Assembly (NCBI GenBank): GCA_028534125.1
Contig: CM052817.1
Span: forward strand, 24,306,001 to 24,370,000
Length of the DNA: 64,000 nucleotides
From: Lama glama
Taxonomy: Eukaryota
Direction: 5' to 3'
Within the stretch, counting starts at the first letter, position 1. Every line of letters begins with the position of its first letter. Positions 11,239 through 24,601 of the stretch are shown one piece after another. Both the position numbers and the translations under genes were made by a program. The notes below the pieces were generated by a model. It was not told the DNA's origin. It was given only the letters and a program-made list of their open reading frames with translations, and ran no database searches.

Positions 11239-13668
11239 TTGGTCTAGTAAATAAATTGCTGAGAGGAAATCGAAAAGGCTATATTCCAACGGACGGTTCT
11301 ACTTCATTGACACTTTGAAAAATGGGAAGGTTCTCATCACTCTCTTCATAAGGAAGTATGGTTTATATCAAACCAGCTTCAGATGGAGCAGAGAAAGCAA
11401 TGAAGTTGGGCTTCCACAAATAGAATATTGGAGGTTTAGGTTCAAAACAATGGGCAATTGATAGAAAATAGGGGTCATCCCTATAGTCTTCTTCACCCTC
11501 ACCTCTTGTGTTTTCATTGCCATTTTCTTCCTCAGGCCACAGATACCCACTGCCCTGGCTCCTGCTTTGCTTTTCCTTTATTACAACATTGACTCTTTAG
11601 TTTCAATAAAATATTGATGTGCTCTCCTAGAAAGGCAGCCCAAACTTTGATACTTTCTTTGAATTATGTGCAGGATGCTGTAGAGCTGCAGCTCTCTCAG
11701 GATGACCCCTAATATGCCTCCTCCAGGAAAGCAGTTAATGTGCCTTCCAATTTCATGGGGCTGTTACTTTTATTGACATTTATCCTGGAAGCCGAAGAAA
11801 GTTACATGATCTCAATAATGACGGAGTTGCCTTGTGAGATTGTGCAGGACATAAATATTCATTAGAACTAAGCCTTGTGTCTTCCTGAAAGTTGACTAGG
11901 TAAGGTCAGTAAGAATTCATGTTGGAAATGTGTTCATCTGAACCAAATAATGAATCCATTTGTCATAATGATTAACATGGAGAGAGCAATTATAAATGAG
12001 AGAAATGTTTTCCTTTTATTAAACTTTTGCTTGCTTATAGTGTATCCTACCAGTGAGCCAAGGGATTCATACGTATAGTAATTACCAGGAATGCACAGTT
12101 TTATGCAGAAGGAATTTTATGCTTTCTCATAATTTATAAGACTTTAAGCCTTTTGATAAACCCCTGTTTATCACTTGGAAATAGCCATCCTCTTAGAAAT
12201 GATGAGGGGGAAAGTGGTTTCTTTATTGGAAATTTTCTGGGTTTTCAAACTGGAATAATTTTTATAGTCTTTAGTAGTAGTTCGTAAGAGGAAAAGGTTG
12301 ATGCAAAAATCTATTGAGAGCTGATCAGTAACATTATAACATCTAATTAATAAACCAATGTTGAAGCTGTGTTCTTTTTACAAAAGAAATGTTCTTCTAC
12401 TTAAGACATTTATACATTTCTGTTATAACACTTTAAAACTATTTTTAAAGTCTTATAGTTTTAATGTTTCTTAAATATCTCTAACTGCATGCTTAAATCA
12501 CCATCTCTTTTACACACTCTCTTTCTCACTCTCTTTAAGAAGCAAAATATGCATCTGACAATGGTGAGTACTTTATCATGCCATTTTAAATGATTCTATA
12601 ATTTTTCTATTAATTACATAATCATAATCAAACAGTTTTGAGAATCTGAAATATCTATTAAAGCTTTTTCAAGCAAAGTTAACCCTGTTTCAAGGGAAAA
12701 ATGCCTTTGGAGGAAGTAAATATGTTCAGCTGATTAGGAGGGCTATGATTTCCAACCTTGGATTACACAAAATGAAGACTTAGAGCTATTGTATGCAGAA
12801 TCAAATGGAGATTGTAGAGAGAAACAGGAAGATTTTCTAAATGACAGATATTTATTATCTATATTATCATCTATATCTATATTATGGTCCCAGGATTTTC
12901 TTCTCTTTCTCTGCCTTATAGCCTCTGAATTTCACCATCCCTTAAGGGAATTCTAGGGGACAGTCTGGTCCCCTATTCCCTGTGAAATGTGTGACTGATT
13001 TTCTGGAGGAGAATGGACAAGTCTGATTTCAACCTCTATTCACACCAAACTGTATCCATTAACTATTATTCACACCCTGTCATATTTATGGGAAGGTAGA
13101 AACTTCAGTTTTTAATGTCATAAAAATTAGTTATTTTCTGCATTGTACAGTACACAAGGTGCTCGCAACATATATTAATATGGATATTAATTGTCCTGCT
13201 AGTCACATTAGTGTTCATGACACTGTAAAAGTTGTTGCTTTTTCTCCCATTTAATTCAGTGCATCAGATACCTTAGATTATGTAGACATTGCCAGTACAG
13301 AAGGAAATTTTGCTCTTGCAAGTCGTTAGTGGTCTGCCCTTCTACTCAGTGTTACAGGTACAGTGCAGTCATAATTAGACTCGCTCGCTCCAGTTAGTCA
13401 TCTTATAGTTAAATTACACATTTAACTACCAGCAGACATAAAATTATGTAGGTTGATGCATTAGAGGGAGAAAAGGGTGCCAAGGGAGGGCAGTCTGTGA
13501 ATTTTCTGGGAAGAGCCCTCCAAAGAGTATGGAAAAATACTCAATTTTTAAGCCAGTGAAGAAGAGGAATTCACAGTTCATGAAAGAGAAAAAAAGCGGT
13601 TTCCACAAATCAAAATAATGAGTTGGCCTCTTCCTGTTTCTGGAGCTGAGAAAGAAGACCCTTTCATC

Positions 13669-13868
13669 CAGTGATGTGCTAGAGCCAGCAGGTAATTAGG
13701 AAAGCCAATTGTGTGTGTCTCTTCCCAACTCCATCTTCAATGACATCACCTTGGTAGCTGTAAATCAGCAAGGTGTGAGTATTTACACCATGGAAATTGT
13801 AAAACGCTACAAACCATGACATTATCTCCAGGGAGCTGATTGTTACACATATACCAATACACCTTTGC
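13669..13868 (+). mobile_element. MER63A (hAT-Blackjack) DNA transposon
   Basis: 'ccagtgatgtgctagagcc...tctcttcccaactcc...ttggtagctgtaaatcagc...gagtatttacaccatggaaattg...acatataccaatacacc'; both TIR remnants are visible. Confidence 0.85.
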
Positions 13869-14552
13869 TTCCATTAAAGGACTTATTTGATGAATTGACT
13901 ACCTGAGGAAATGTTGGCAGGATGCTCTGGCAAATATGTTAGACATACATTTCCCTGGCTGCTAACAGCTCTCAAGCAGCTCTCACGTGGGTTAGTTACC
14001 AGTGATGAGACATTCATTAAGTGGAAGCATGTTAACTACACCATCATTCTTCCCATTCAGAAATGTTATTGTATTTGTCAGAACTCAACCTACCTCTTTC
14101 ACAGTAACTATGTCTAAAAATGGCATAGCAGCCATTTTGAAATGTGCAGTGTTAACAAAGCTTGATTTTTTTTTCTGAATTTACATAACCATTTGTTTTG
14201 GCAAAGTATAGACCAGGGCAGAATATGTTCAGCATGCTTACATTTAGGCACACACTTTGTTTTTTCCTAAAGGATGTTTTTGCCTTCTTTCTCTTTTGAA
14301 ACTGAGAGGCCTGTGAATGACATTTGGCAGTGGGAGGCAGGATTTAATAAGTCTTGTCTTTAAGAAGGTGTGAGAAATGCCAAAAGTCACAAATAGACTG
14401 ACTGTCTGAAGAGTATCACTAGGTAACTCCAGCATTAATGGATGCAAGCATCTACCCAGTTCACTTTAGATGTGACCTATAGAAATAGGAATTACTTATC
14501 CAGAGCAAAATTCATGGTACATGATCAAACTTTTATAGTTAGAAGATAAGGA

Positions 14553-15000
14553 TTTTTTAAATACACCTTTTAGAGCAGTTTTGATTCACTGCAAAATTGA
14601 AGGGAAAGTACATAGTTAACATAAACTCCCTTCCCCCATACATGCACAGCCTCCCCTACTATCAGCATTCTTCACCAAAAGAACATTTGTTACAATTGAT
14701 GAACTTACATTAAAACATCATTATCATCTCAAGTCCATAGCTTAAATTAGCGTTCATTCTTGGTTTGGTACATTATGTAGGTTTGGACAAATGTATAATG
14801 ATGTGTATCCACCTTTATAGTATCATATAGAATACTTTCACTGAACTAAAAATCCTCTGTGCTTCATCTCTATCTCCTTCCTTCTCCCCTAAGCCTTGGC
14901 AAATATTAATCTTTTTACTGTTCCTGTAGTTTTGCCTTTTCCAGAATGTCATATATTGTTGGAATCGTTCAGTAGGTAGCCTTTACAGATTGGCTTCTTT
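14553..15000 (-). mobile_element. LINE-1 3' UTR, L1MC-type
   Basis: 'tttagagcagttttgattcactgcaaaattg...acatttgttacaattgatgaac...gttttgccttttccagaatgtcatat'. Confidence 0.85.
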
Positions 15001-15182
15001 CTGTTTGTTTAGTTTTTTTTTTTAATTGAAGTGAAGTCAGTTACAATGTGTCAATTTCTGATGTATAATATAGCACAATGGCCCAGGCATGTGTATACAC
15101 ACATGTATTTATTTTCATATTTTTTTCATTAAAGGTTGTTACAAGATATTGAACATAGTTCCCTGTATTATACAGAAGAAAC
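15001..15182 (-). mobile_element. Younger lineage-specific LINE-1 3' end (camelid-like), 5'-truncated
   Basis: Poly-T followed by 'aattgaagtgaagtcagttacaatgtgtcaatttctg...ttcattaaaggttgttacaagatattgaacatagttccctg'; homologous to the copy at 20704-20955. Confidence 0.8.
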
Positions 15183-15924
15183 TTGTACCTTTACCTAATA
15201 CTTGTATCTGTACTTATCTGCATCCATAATATCTTATATGTATATCAATATTCATATAGAGATATGGATACATCAATATAGACATAGCTATATATTGCCA
15301 TAATGGCCAGTTAAAACAATATAAACATTTTATGCACCACTTTTTTTCTATAATCATTTGTATTTTTCTATAATCATTTGCATTCTACAAAATACTACGA
15401 TACCCTAGTGAAGGTCAGTGACAGCATGTATCATACATCTTTTGCTAGCAACAAAAGTACAGTAGTTGTTCAAATATTTATTATGGAATATTTTATTAAA
15501 TCATAACTTTTCATCTTTTGCAAGATGATTGATTTTTTGCAATTAGTTTTAAACCACTTGTCAATAGAAATGACTATCATTACAAATTAACCAAAATTAT
15601 AAGACTCTATTATACTAGAAGCAATAATTCACACATGCAACAGCACACTGACCCCTAGTAACCTTTGTGACTTACTGTTCCCGGGGTGTGACACTGAACT
15701 CCCACGAAGTAAGATGTTCCACTTTCTAGTTGTTTTAGACAAAAAATAAGAACAGTGAGTAACATTAATTTCTAAATATGTTTGTTGAGATAAAAGGTGA
15801 GTGGTAAATTTTGCAATTAAAAACTATGTTTTTTTTTATAGAAAATTTTCCATTTCGTGTATATACATTGTGAACCATATATTAAGTGATGTCATTGAAA
15901 AATCTTTAAGATCAAGATTACACA

Positions 15925-16957
15925 TGAAGAAAAAAGATAGTCACTTCAGCAAGTGGTGTTGGGAAAGCTGGACAGATGCAGGTAAATCAACGAAGTTAGA
16001 ATACTCCCTCTCACCATACACAAAAATAAAATGGCTTAAAGACACTATAAACCTCCTGGAAGAAAACATAGGCAAAACATTTTCTGACATAAATCTTAGT
16101 AATGTTCTCCTAGGGCAGTCTACCCAGGCAATGGAAATAAAAGCAAAAAAAGCAAATGGGACTTAAGTAAACTTACAAGCTTTTGCACAGCAAAGGAAAC
16201 CATAAACAAAACAAAATGACAACCTATGGAATTGGAGAAAATATTTGTAAATGATGCGACTGACGAAGATTTAATTTCCAGAATATATAAACAGTTCATA
16301 CAGTTTAATAACACCAAAAAAAAAACCCAATCCAGAATGAGAAGAAGTCCCAAACAAGCAGTTCTCTAGTGAAGACATACAAATGGCTAATAAGCACATG
16401 AAAAAGGGCTCAGTATCGCTTAGTATCAGAGAAATGCAAATCAAAACTACAGTGAGGTATCACCTCACACCAGTCAGAATGGCCATCATTCAGAAATCCA
16501 AAAATGATAAATTCTGGAGAAGGTGTGGAAAAAAGGAAACACTCCTACACTGTTGGGATGCAGTTTGATGCAGCCATTATGGAAAACAGTATGAAGATTC
16601 CTCAAAAAACTAAAAATAGACTTGCCATATAATCCAGCAATCCCACACCTGTGCATATACCCAGAGGGAACTCTTAGTTCATAAAGATACATGCACCCCA
16701 ATATTCATAGCAGCACTATATACAATAGCCAAGACATGGAAGCAACCTAAATGTCCATCAACAGATGACTAGATAAAGAAGTTGTGGTATATTTATACAG
16801 TGGAATACTACTATGCTGTAAAAAAGAATAAAATAATGTCACTTGCAGCAACATGAATGGACCTGGATATTGTCATTCTAACTGAAGTAAGCCAGAAAGA
16901 GAAAGAAAAATACCATATGATATCACGTATATGTGGAATCTCAAAAATAAAAAAAGA
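15925..16957 (+). mobile_element. Younger LINE-1, 3' part of ORF2 (pseudogenised) and start of 3' UTR, running into gap 2
   Basis: ORF pieces KKDSHFSKWCWESW and [34 protein letters not shown]...[11 protein letters not shown] are the L1 ORF2p C-terminal Cys-rich region, with stops and frameshifts. Confidence 0.95.
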
Positions 16958-17457
16958 NNNNNNNNNNNNNNNNNNNNNNNNNNNNNNNNNNNNNNNNNNN
17001 NNNNNNNNNNNNNNNNNNNNNNNNNNNNNNNNNNNNNNNNNNNNNNNNNNNNNNNNNNNNNNNNNNNNNNNNNNNNNNNNNNNNNNNNNNNNNNNNNNNN
17101 NNNNNNNNNNNNNNNNNNNNNNNNNNNNNNNNNNNNNNNNNNNNNNNNNNNNNNNNNNNNNNNNNNNNNNNNNNNNNNNNNNNNNNNNNNNNNNNNNNNN
17201 NNNNNNNNNNNNNNNNNNNNNNNNNNNNNNNNNNNNNNNNNNNNNNNNNNNNNNNNNNNNNNNNNNNNNNNNNNNNNNNNNNNNNNNNNNNNNNNNNNNN
17301 NNNNNNNNNNNNNNNNNNNNNNNNNNNNNNNNNNNNNNNNNNNNNNNNNNNNNNNNNNNNNNNNNNNNNNNNNNNNNNNNNNNNNNNNNNNNNNNNNNNN
17401 NNNNNNNNNNNNNNNNNNNNNNNNNNNNNNNNNNNNNNNNNNNNNNNNNNNNNNNNN
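16958..17457. other. Assembly gap (500 N)
   Basis: Run of exactly 500 N. Confidence 0.99.
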
Positions 17458-19254
17458 TGGTGCTCTGCAGCTCCCCAGCTCAATCTCATGCATCAGTGTC
17501 AAGCAGTCTCTCCTGCCTCACCTACTCTAAATCTGACTTCAGATTGAAAGATCAGAAAGCTACTCCCAAATGACAACTTTTCAAATGTGCCCAAAAGATG
17601 CTAACATATTGATGGCTAGAAAATAGTATCAAGCTTCTCATTGGCATTCTTCTGTTCAATAAAATGTCACTACAGTCTACAAAACAATGTCTAATTTGTA
17701 AAAATACTTGTTTTTCCCCATGGGACTCAGTTTAATGACTTTTATTTTGAATGGGAAAAAAATGTGGCCCATAAAAATGTTTAACATTTTAACTGGCTTT
17801 CATTCAAGCGTAGTTAGATACAGATGAAGCTCCAGAGGCAAAGTAGGTATAGGTATGGACCCAAGCATGGGAATTGGCATAGACATAGGTCACCAGTACC
17901 TCACACCATTTTGTCTAAGGACTTCTCTCTGCTTTTTTCCCAAAACAAAACTCTCCTTTACATAACTATCTGCCCTCAGCCAAAAGTATCAGAAAAACGC
18001 CATCAGAGTTTATTTTAAAAGCAGCTTTAGAAAGAAATGGATATTTTGATCAAAGGAGTTTGAAACAGCATGACAAAATAAAGTCAATCATTTAGATTGA
18101 TAGGCAGTGGTGAGCAGGTATTTGGGTAATGGGGCCAGTATCTTGTTTAAATTAAACTTTCTGTTATAAGCATGAGTACTGCAGTATTACATAAGTGCTC
18201 AACCAAATGTCAGAATTCTTTCATTCTTAGCTGTCTGCTCATTATGAGTAAGGCCAGCCTCCAAAATTCGAAAAGATTGAAAAGGACAGGACATTTACAT
18301 TCACACATTAGGGAGAAAACATTTTTCTTGCATGTTCTGAAATATCAAAGCACCCACTAGCTTTAAACAGGAGGTTGCATTTTTGAAACGTAGATGGAAT
18401 TGAGATTCTCATTTTGTACCTCTTTGTGAAAATGCAGATGGATTGACATTCATGGTCACTAAGTTCTGTTACCATAGATATGGTTTCAGTTGTACCAACC
18501 AGTGACAGATTGTGTATTTTATTACTTTATTTAAAATATCAAACATTTAAAAATATCCCAGCACTACACAACCTCACATATGAACATAATGATAATATTG
18601 TATCTACTTTAAACCATCTTAAGGTCACTGTGGCATTAAAAAAAAAATCTGTACCAAGATTGTGAGGCTGAAAGCATGTTAGGTTAACTCAGCATGGTGG
18701 CTTGGCCTCCAGGGAACTCTGTAAGAAGTCAGAATTAAATAAATTTGTGATCCCATTAGTACCCAGAGAAGAGTTAACCAAGTAACCAGATATTTCATTT
18801 GCTGTAATTCCACAGAACCTTAGCAAAGATAGAATAACCTAAACTTCTACCTAAACTTCTGAAAAAAGACGATTTTATTTGGTTTTACAGTGGAGGGCCA
18901 CAGCTAGGAAAAAATTTACCAGTCAGAGAAATATGAACATTATTTTATTCTTCCCTACTAGACTAGTAAATTTTAAAGATCATGTTTTTATATTCCTATA
19001 TTTCTCACAGAACAGAGCCTTGAATCTACTGAATGCTTCATGTATAATTTCAAATTAATGGTATATGTAAGTGGTTGACATTTTTATTAGGACCTAACAC
19101 CAAGTAAATCTTAAATAATGACAGTGATTATCCCTGAACCCATATTGACTATGCATGTTATTGGAGGGGTGTGTTGAGGCATACCCAGTGGCATAAAAAA
19201 TAATGTATACATAGATCATAACTCTGAAAATTCATTATATGAGGATAAGCTCTT

Positions 19255-20575
19255 TCAATTCAACTAATAATTCAATCCAGTGAACTTTGGGTATGTTAGG
19301 AAACAAAGCACTCAAAAACCTCTACTTTCATTGATCTTATATCCTAATAGGAAGATACAACTAATATATAGTAGATCTAATAAATGATTGTCTAGCATGT
19401 TAGAAAGTTATAAATGCTATGGAACAAAAGAAAAAGCAGAGCAAAATAAAGGGATTTAAAATCTTGAATGCAGGGATGTGGGCTGTTGTCAAGTTGCATC
19501 ATTGAAAACAGTGGTCAAGGTAAGACTCATCAAGGTGAGATTTGAGCAAAGATTTGAGAAGTTGGGAGAGTGGCCAAGCAGGTGGTTGAAGGCAGAGCTT
19601 TCCAGGCAGAGGCAACCTCCAGAGCAAAGGTCCCGAGGTGAGAGTGTGCCTGATGTGCTCAAGGAGATGCCAGGGAGTAAATGTGGCTCTTTGGAGTAGA
19701 GGTGGCAGGGAAGAGGTCTGAGGGGTAGGTAACAGGAGAGCAGGCAAGATCATGTAGAGCCTGGCGGATGACTGTACAAACTAGCTTTCACCGAGTACAA
19801 TGAAAAGCTATTGCAGAAGTCTAAGCAGAGAAACAATCTACTCAGATGTATGTTTTGAATGTATCCCTGTGCTGCTGTATAGAGGAAAAACTGTAAGAAG
19901 ACAAGGGTAAATACAAGGTTGACCAATTAGGATTATTGGAGTAACCCAGTAATAGCTGATGGTGGTTTGGATAGTGGTAGAAATGGTGAAGAGGTGTTAA
20001 AAGTGGTCAAATTCTGGATATTGTTAGAAGTTAGAGTAAAAGGACTTCTCAATGGAGGAGTAAGGGTATGTGATAAACAGGAGGACCAAGGATGACTCCA
20101 AAGCATTTGGCCTGGGCAAATCCAAGGATGGAATTTCCCACCATTAGAATGAGGAAAACTACATGAAAAAGATTAGATGTTCTGTTTTGGACATTAAGTC
20201 TATCTAGGATAGATGCAAGTGGAAATGTCAGGCAATTGGGTATATAAGTCTGAAGTAGAGGTGAAAGGTCTTGGCTGAGGGTTTAAATTTGAGAATTGTC
20301 AACATATTGATGGTATTGAAAGCCATCAGCCTGGATGAAACCAAGAGTTAGTGCGTGGATTAAGGACCTAGCTCAAGATAAACAGGAGAACCAACAAAGG
20401 TGGCTGAGAAGGAGCAACCAGAGAGCTAAGAGAGAAGCAGAGTGTACGGGCTCAGAATCCAAGTGAAGAAAGTGCATCAAGGAAGAGTGATCAGATTGGT
20501 CAAAACCTGTGATAGGTCAACTGAGATAAGGATGAAAATTTAGCTATTGGATTCAGTGATATGGAGCTCATTTAT
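19255..20575 (-). mobile_element. L2 LINE, about 1.3 kb 3' fragment
   Basis: 'aggtgagatttgagcaaagatttgag', 'ttccaggcagaggcaac', 'gttctgttttggacattaag' and 'gctgagaaggagcaaccagagag' are typical reverse-complement L2a motifs. Confidence 0.85.
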
Positions 20576-20703
20576 AAATTAAAATGTTCATTCTGATGAC
20601 ATGAGCTGTTCTTTGTACGCTGCCATTTTGCTCTACACGCAGAAGTTCCCTGCACCCAAGATTTCTGTCTCTGACCTTGGTAGTTTCTTTCCTTCTTTCT
20701 TTT

Positions 20704-20955
20704 TTTTTTTTTTCCAGTCTTTTTTTTTTTTATTGACATATAGCCAATTACAGTATGTCAGTTTCTGGTGTGCAGCATAATGTCCCAATCTTGCGTATAT
20801 ATACATATATTCATTTTCATTAAAGGTTATTTCCAGATGTTGAATATAGTTCCCTGTGCTATACAGAAGAAACTTGTTTTTTTATCTGTATTTATAGTGG
20901 TTAACATTTGCAAATCTCAAACTCCCAAATTTATCCCTTCCCACCCCCTGTCCCA
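20704..20955 (-). mobile_element. Younger LINE-1 3' end (camelid-like), 5'-truncated, with 18-bp TSD
   Basis: Poly-T tail plus L1 3' UTR; identical tctttccttctttctttt at 20686-20703 and 20956-20973. Confidence 0.9.
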
Positions 20956-22759
20956 TCTTTCCTTCTTTCTTTTCCCCTCTTCTTTCTTTTCTTTATAACT
21001 GAGCCTTTCTTTGGTGTATGGATGAATATTATCTTTCTCTTAATTCCTTGAATTTCTTATATTTGTTTTAAACACTTTCTCTGCACATGCTTTTTAATGC
21101 CCATAATTTTTTACCTTTAATTCCGCTTTACATTTATAATGCAAAATTTAAATTCACCCATTACTTTTTCATTTCTTAGTCTTGATTTTTTTAGGATTGT
21201 TTTTTCCAGATTATCTCACGTTTATGCTTTTATTTCAGCTGCTAACTTTTATAGGTAAGATTATCTAGCATTATTCAACTTTCATATTTACTAGGGATCA
21301 TAGGCAGTGAGTTATAATAGTTATTAAAAACAAAAATCTGTTTCTCTCCAGTCATTTTTCTGTTAGTTTGACAACATAGCTATATTCTTTCTGATGCATT
21401 AATTTTAGTCTTCCTGAGAAAAGAATGTGATCTACACCAAGCTTTTTTTCTAACCCCTTCTCATTAATAATCTCCATGTTATATGCATTTTGCTCCTTTT
21501 TTAGGTATTGAAAAGTATTGCTTTCTTATTTTTTGTTTCTTTTATCTTTGGGAATCATAGTGTATTCATTTACCAACTCTGACTTTCATTCTGACTGATC
21601 TTTGTAATTTCTTATTTATTCGTATTTATGTCATCCTGCTATTATAGTTGCCTTTATACATAACTGGAATGGCATTCCAGTTTAGTCAGTGTTCTCAAGG
21701 CAGTAAATGTCATATCACTGTGAAAATGAAACTGACCTAAAATAAATCTACATTAGAGATTGCAAGAGGTGGCAGAACAGAGGTTATATGTGAATTGATA
21801 ATTAGGAATATTAAAAATAGAGTTAAAGGGAGAAATTTACCAGTAAATGAAACACTGGAAAAGCCAATGCAAAGCCCTTCTGCATATGCAGTTCCAAGGC
21901 ATTATTTATCTTACTCATAGTCCTACAGAGTTCTCAGAACTTTCCCATATGAATAAGTAAATACATGTGAAAATACACATACACACTTAAACATCATGAA
22001 ACATAAATGAAGCACAAGAGCATAAATTAATAAATGACCATCTTGCTCTCATCCTTTCATATTCTCATCCTGGCTGTGTTTATCTGCACAAACATTTTGA
22101 CTTTTGATAGACCGTTTATTTCAACAAAGCAAATTATCGACTTACTCAAGGTAGTCAAATTGCTTTGAAAACACTTTTGAATGTCATCAAATGCTTCACC
22201 AAACAGATTGTCTTCAAATGGCTTTTGTTTTCCAAATAAATAACTACCTGTGTGGCATACTCTATGGTAGTACTTTAGTGTTTTGAAATGTTAATAAATG
22301 GAAAAATATCACTCAGAAGTCATTAATGCTCCAGAGATCCTTCTAAGGATTTAAAACATTTTAAGTAGTCCTCTCCCTGTAGGGAAACAAAAAAATCACT
22401 AAATTTTTTCTGAAAAAATGCTCTGAGAAATTCAAAAGTATTCTAACTGTGGTAGAAACTCGAAAGAAATAGAAGCCAGCCACTTTGTATGTGTATTATT
22501 TTCATTTTCGTCACATTCTTGAAGAATTTTCTGGAGACCCAAAATGATGCTAGATCCCACAAAATGACAAATTAAATTTGAAATTGTTTCAAGTATTTTT
22601 CATAAGATGTTCTGGTTTCTTCAGGGTTTATAGGATTTTTTTCTGAAATAGCAGGGTAGCAAAGTGTACAGCAAGCATCACACTGAGTTCTGGGATATCA
22701 GTTCTCTCCAAAGTTGTTACAACTGGATGATTATTTCAACAACTCTTACTTTGGGCTCC

Positions 22760-23175
22760 TGTATTATCCATTCCTCATCTCCTAATAGCCACTCCCTGAG
22801 TTCCCTGTGGAGAAAGACCCCTCCACATTGAATTTATAATAAATAGCATGCTTTAGATTGGAAATGTGTGAATATCTAAACCTATCTTCTCCAGATGCTG
22901 ACAGGGGCCATCAGGTAGGTACTAGCTAGCTTAGAAGGAGGTATCTTATATGTAACATGGCCCAGGTCACTGAGATTTACTGCACTGGAATTTGTGTCTC
23001 CAGTCTGGAAATTAATAAAGCGTTAAGCTTTGTTTTCTTTGCTCATTGTTTCTTGTGCATACATTTCCCTCCAGAGCTTTGTCAGAAAGTGTGGTTTGAT
23101 CAGAGACAGGATTTTGGTATTTCTGGATCCCTGATCCATAATATCATATTAATACCAAAACAAAAATTTCACCCT
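22760..23175 (+). mobile_element. Highly diverged MLT1-like LTR
   Basis: 'gtggagaaagacccctccac', 'catggcccaggtcactgagatt' and 'cctgatcc...aaaatttcaccct' resemble old MLT1 LTRs. Confidence 0.4.
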
Positions 23176-24601
23176 GTCTTCTGAAAGCTGTAGGTATGGT
23201 TGACTTTCAACTTTTGGATATTGATATACACAATTTTGACTAAAAAGGCATTTATCCAGGAATTGATTTCTCACCCAAGTAGGTTAGGAATATTTTTGAG
23301 AATTCATATCTGCAATGAAAATATCGTATTTGTGTTATCCTCCCTCTGAAGAGATTGCATATATCCATAAAGTGCTAACATGATACTGTGAACAACTTCC
23401 CCGTGTGTTTGTAGAAAATAGCTTTAACATTGAAACTTGTTCTTTAAAGCGAGAAAATTCATGTTTAGAACATAATGGAGATAAAAGTATAGGCAGATGG
23501 AAACCCCTAGCAAGTGTTATAGAGAGCAGAAAGCCTGTCTGAGAAATGTGAATTACTTTTTAAAAATTTAAAACCAAGTGCATCATTTTAGTTTCACCTT
23601 TAGTGCCCGGGTGACTAACAAGCCTCTCCATTTTCCCAAGGCTTCTTTATTTCATGGTGGTTCACCCTCTACTGACTGTCCCAAACAGAATGGTGAATTG
23701 TTTTTATCAATGATATGAATTAAATTTTTGTGAAAATAAGAATTTTGTCATTGATAACTCAGATAAGAAAAACTTTTAATCTGGGGGTAGAATTCATTAA
23801 TTACATAATGAAAATGAAATTCAGTCAATATTAGAGAGGAAAAATTTTTCTGGATGCTGGAGAGACACATTTTTAAAAAAGAATTAACACTGTTTCAGGT
23901 ATTTACACTCCTTAAAATATGGCAGATACTATGATTTACCATTTAAAACATGAAAATAAGCTTCAGTTGAAAGCCAGGCTTATATGTAACCTTGAAGAAG
24001 CACTTAACTATGAATTTTTCCAGGGGTGATGTAGTAGAATTGTTGATTCCCTTTGGTATGAATCAAATGGCTTCCATTTTAAATCCATTTTTGTGATCTA
24101 GGGATACCAGGAATGTTTTTTCTGACTATAAAAATACTTTTATCTAAGCAAAGTCCTCAGAATAAGTCCTCCAGCCTCAGAGCACACTGAAAATTTGAGT
24201 GTGATTTAAGCTTATGATGAAATAATAGTTACCAGGTTATAATTATCTGGAAAGTTGTTTTTTTCTATTATGAGGAAGAATTTTAAAGGCTGATGTGTTT
24301 TAAACTATGAAAACTCTCCTAAAATTATTTTTAATAAATCTAAGATCCATAAAGTTTCCTTGAGTTTTCTTGAGGAACTTTTTAAAGCATAGATAAATCC
24401 TTCTCTGGATTAAGTAGGATCGTTTGAAAACTGTTTTACTCTACTATATTATTGCTAGGACAGTATCTCTCTTTGGTATAATGATGTTAGCATAAATTAA
24501 GGAGTATTGTAAGGAACTGTCATGTGAAAATTATTTTATTTACTCTGGATATATTGTTGAGGATACTTGTGACTACATAAAACAGTCTTGTTTTTGACAT
24601 C

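Noticed and set aside
15801..16568. ORFs of 121 and 61 aa with protein-like sequence
   Set aside because: Fragments of decayed LINE-1 ORF2, not host genes.
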